From the IMG/VR virus record IMGVR_UViG_3300023107_000002, positions 4,746-68,745 of that record: 64,000 bases of DNA. One strand, written 5' to 3'. The translations under genes and the position numbers were made by a program. The notes below the pieces were generated by a model. The model ran no database searches. It was not told the DNA's origin and was given only the letters and a program-made list of their open reading frames with translations. Below, piece by piece: positions 63,716-64,000 of this stretch. The stretch is from a virus. Its lineage: Duplodnaviria; Caudoviricetes. The stretch's first letter is position 1; each line of letters opens with the position of its first letter.

Positions 63716-64000
63716 ATGGAATATCCCGGAGAATTTAAAGGAGCGACCGCAGAAACGATTCGCATCATTGATCCCAACGCAGCGCCAACGCCAACCCAGG
63801 AAACCGAGACGGTAACTCCCGAGGTTCCAGCACAGACGCCAATAGTTGATACGGTAGAATCTACTCAGCCAGCAGAAGTAACGCCCGACGTTACGCCAGC
63901 CGAGCAGCCAACACCAACAGCACCGCCTCCCGCTGTCCCCCAAGAGGCTACGCCCCCGGTAGTACAAAAAACCTGGAAAGATCTTTTAAAAGAGGATGGT
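63716..64000 (+). CDS. Pro/Thr/Glu-rich protein, 3'-truncated (scaffolding-protein candidate)
   Basis: MEYPGEFKGATAETIRIIDPNAAPTPTQETETV...; open to window end; follows portal. Confidence 0.55.
   Translation, partial: MEYPGEFKGATAETIRIIDPNAAPTPTQETETVTPEVPAQTPIVDTVESTQPAEVTPDVTPAEQPTPTAPPPAVPQEATPPVVQKTWKDLLKEDG

Larger units (their letters stand above)
1..64000. mobile_element. Temperate Bacteroidota phage (podovirus-like), attP-intact form, partial genome
   Basis: Terminase, portal, tail ring/nozzle, ejection proteins, endolysin, integrase/xis/cI/cro and primase-helicase present; no host housekeeping genes recognised. Confidence 0.95.

Noticed and set aside
571-63967. Numerous 60-175 aa antisense or alternate-frame ORFs in the track
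   Set aside because: They are shadows of longer, motif-bearing genes and lack start context or recognisable domains.
1-64000. Stop-codon reassignment (as in some crAss-like phages)
   Set aside because: Long genes are intact under code 11 and coding density is high; only one isolated internal TAA was found.

Overview
The whole window is part of a temperate, podovirus-like dsDNA phage of a Bacteroidota host. Host clues are A-rich, SD-less translation starts, TAnnTTTG-type promoters, Gln(+1) signal peptides and DUF3127. I found no host housekeeping genes, and the integrase has phage genes on both sides with a single att core, so this is the attP-intact (virion or episomal), circularly permuted form. 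Gene order: tail-fibre, glycan-enzyme and lysis region (1-10046); int-attP-xis-cI/cro switch (10.2-13.3 kb); rightward early, recombination and replication operon (13.3-35.3 kb); leftward accessory operon with LPD29 (34.7-37.5 kb); AAA ATPase with iteron-like repeats and a dif-like site (37.8-39.6 kb); leftward operon with SLOG and GroES (39.7-42.2 kb); late operon with tandem GroES, tail ring proteins, nozzle, three ejection proteins, terminase and portal (42.3-64 kb). Best leads: (1) a tRNA-Ala mimic with a 30-nt longer anticodon arm, inside a ~500-nt structured non-coding region next to an Arg-rich peptide gene; (2) tail-fibre/tailspike-type and glycan-lyase genes carrying Sec signal peptides, plus a predicted phage outer-membrane beta-barrel; (3) a 15-bp pseudo-palindrome, GTTACGAATCATAAC, present in six exact copies, mostly at operon starts; (4) both a tRNA-Leu-type attP and a XerCD dif-like site. 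All family calls come from motif recognition by eye; no database searches were run.
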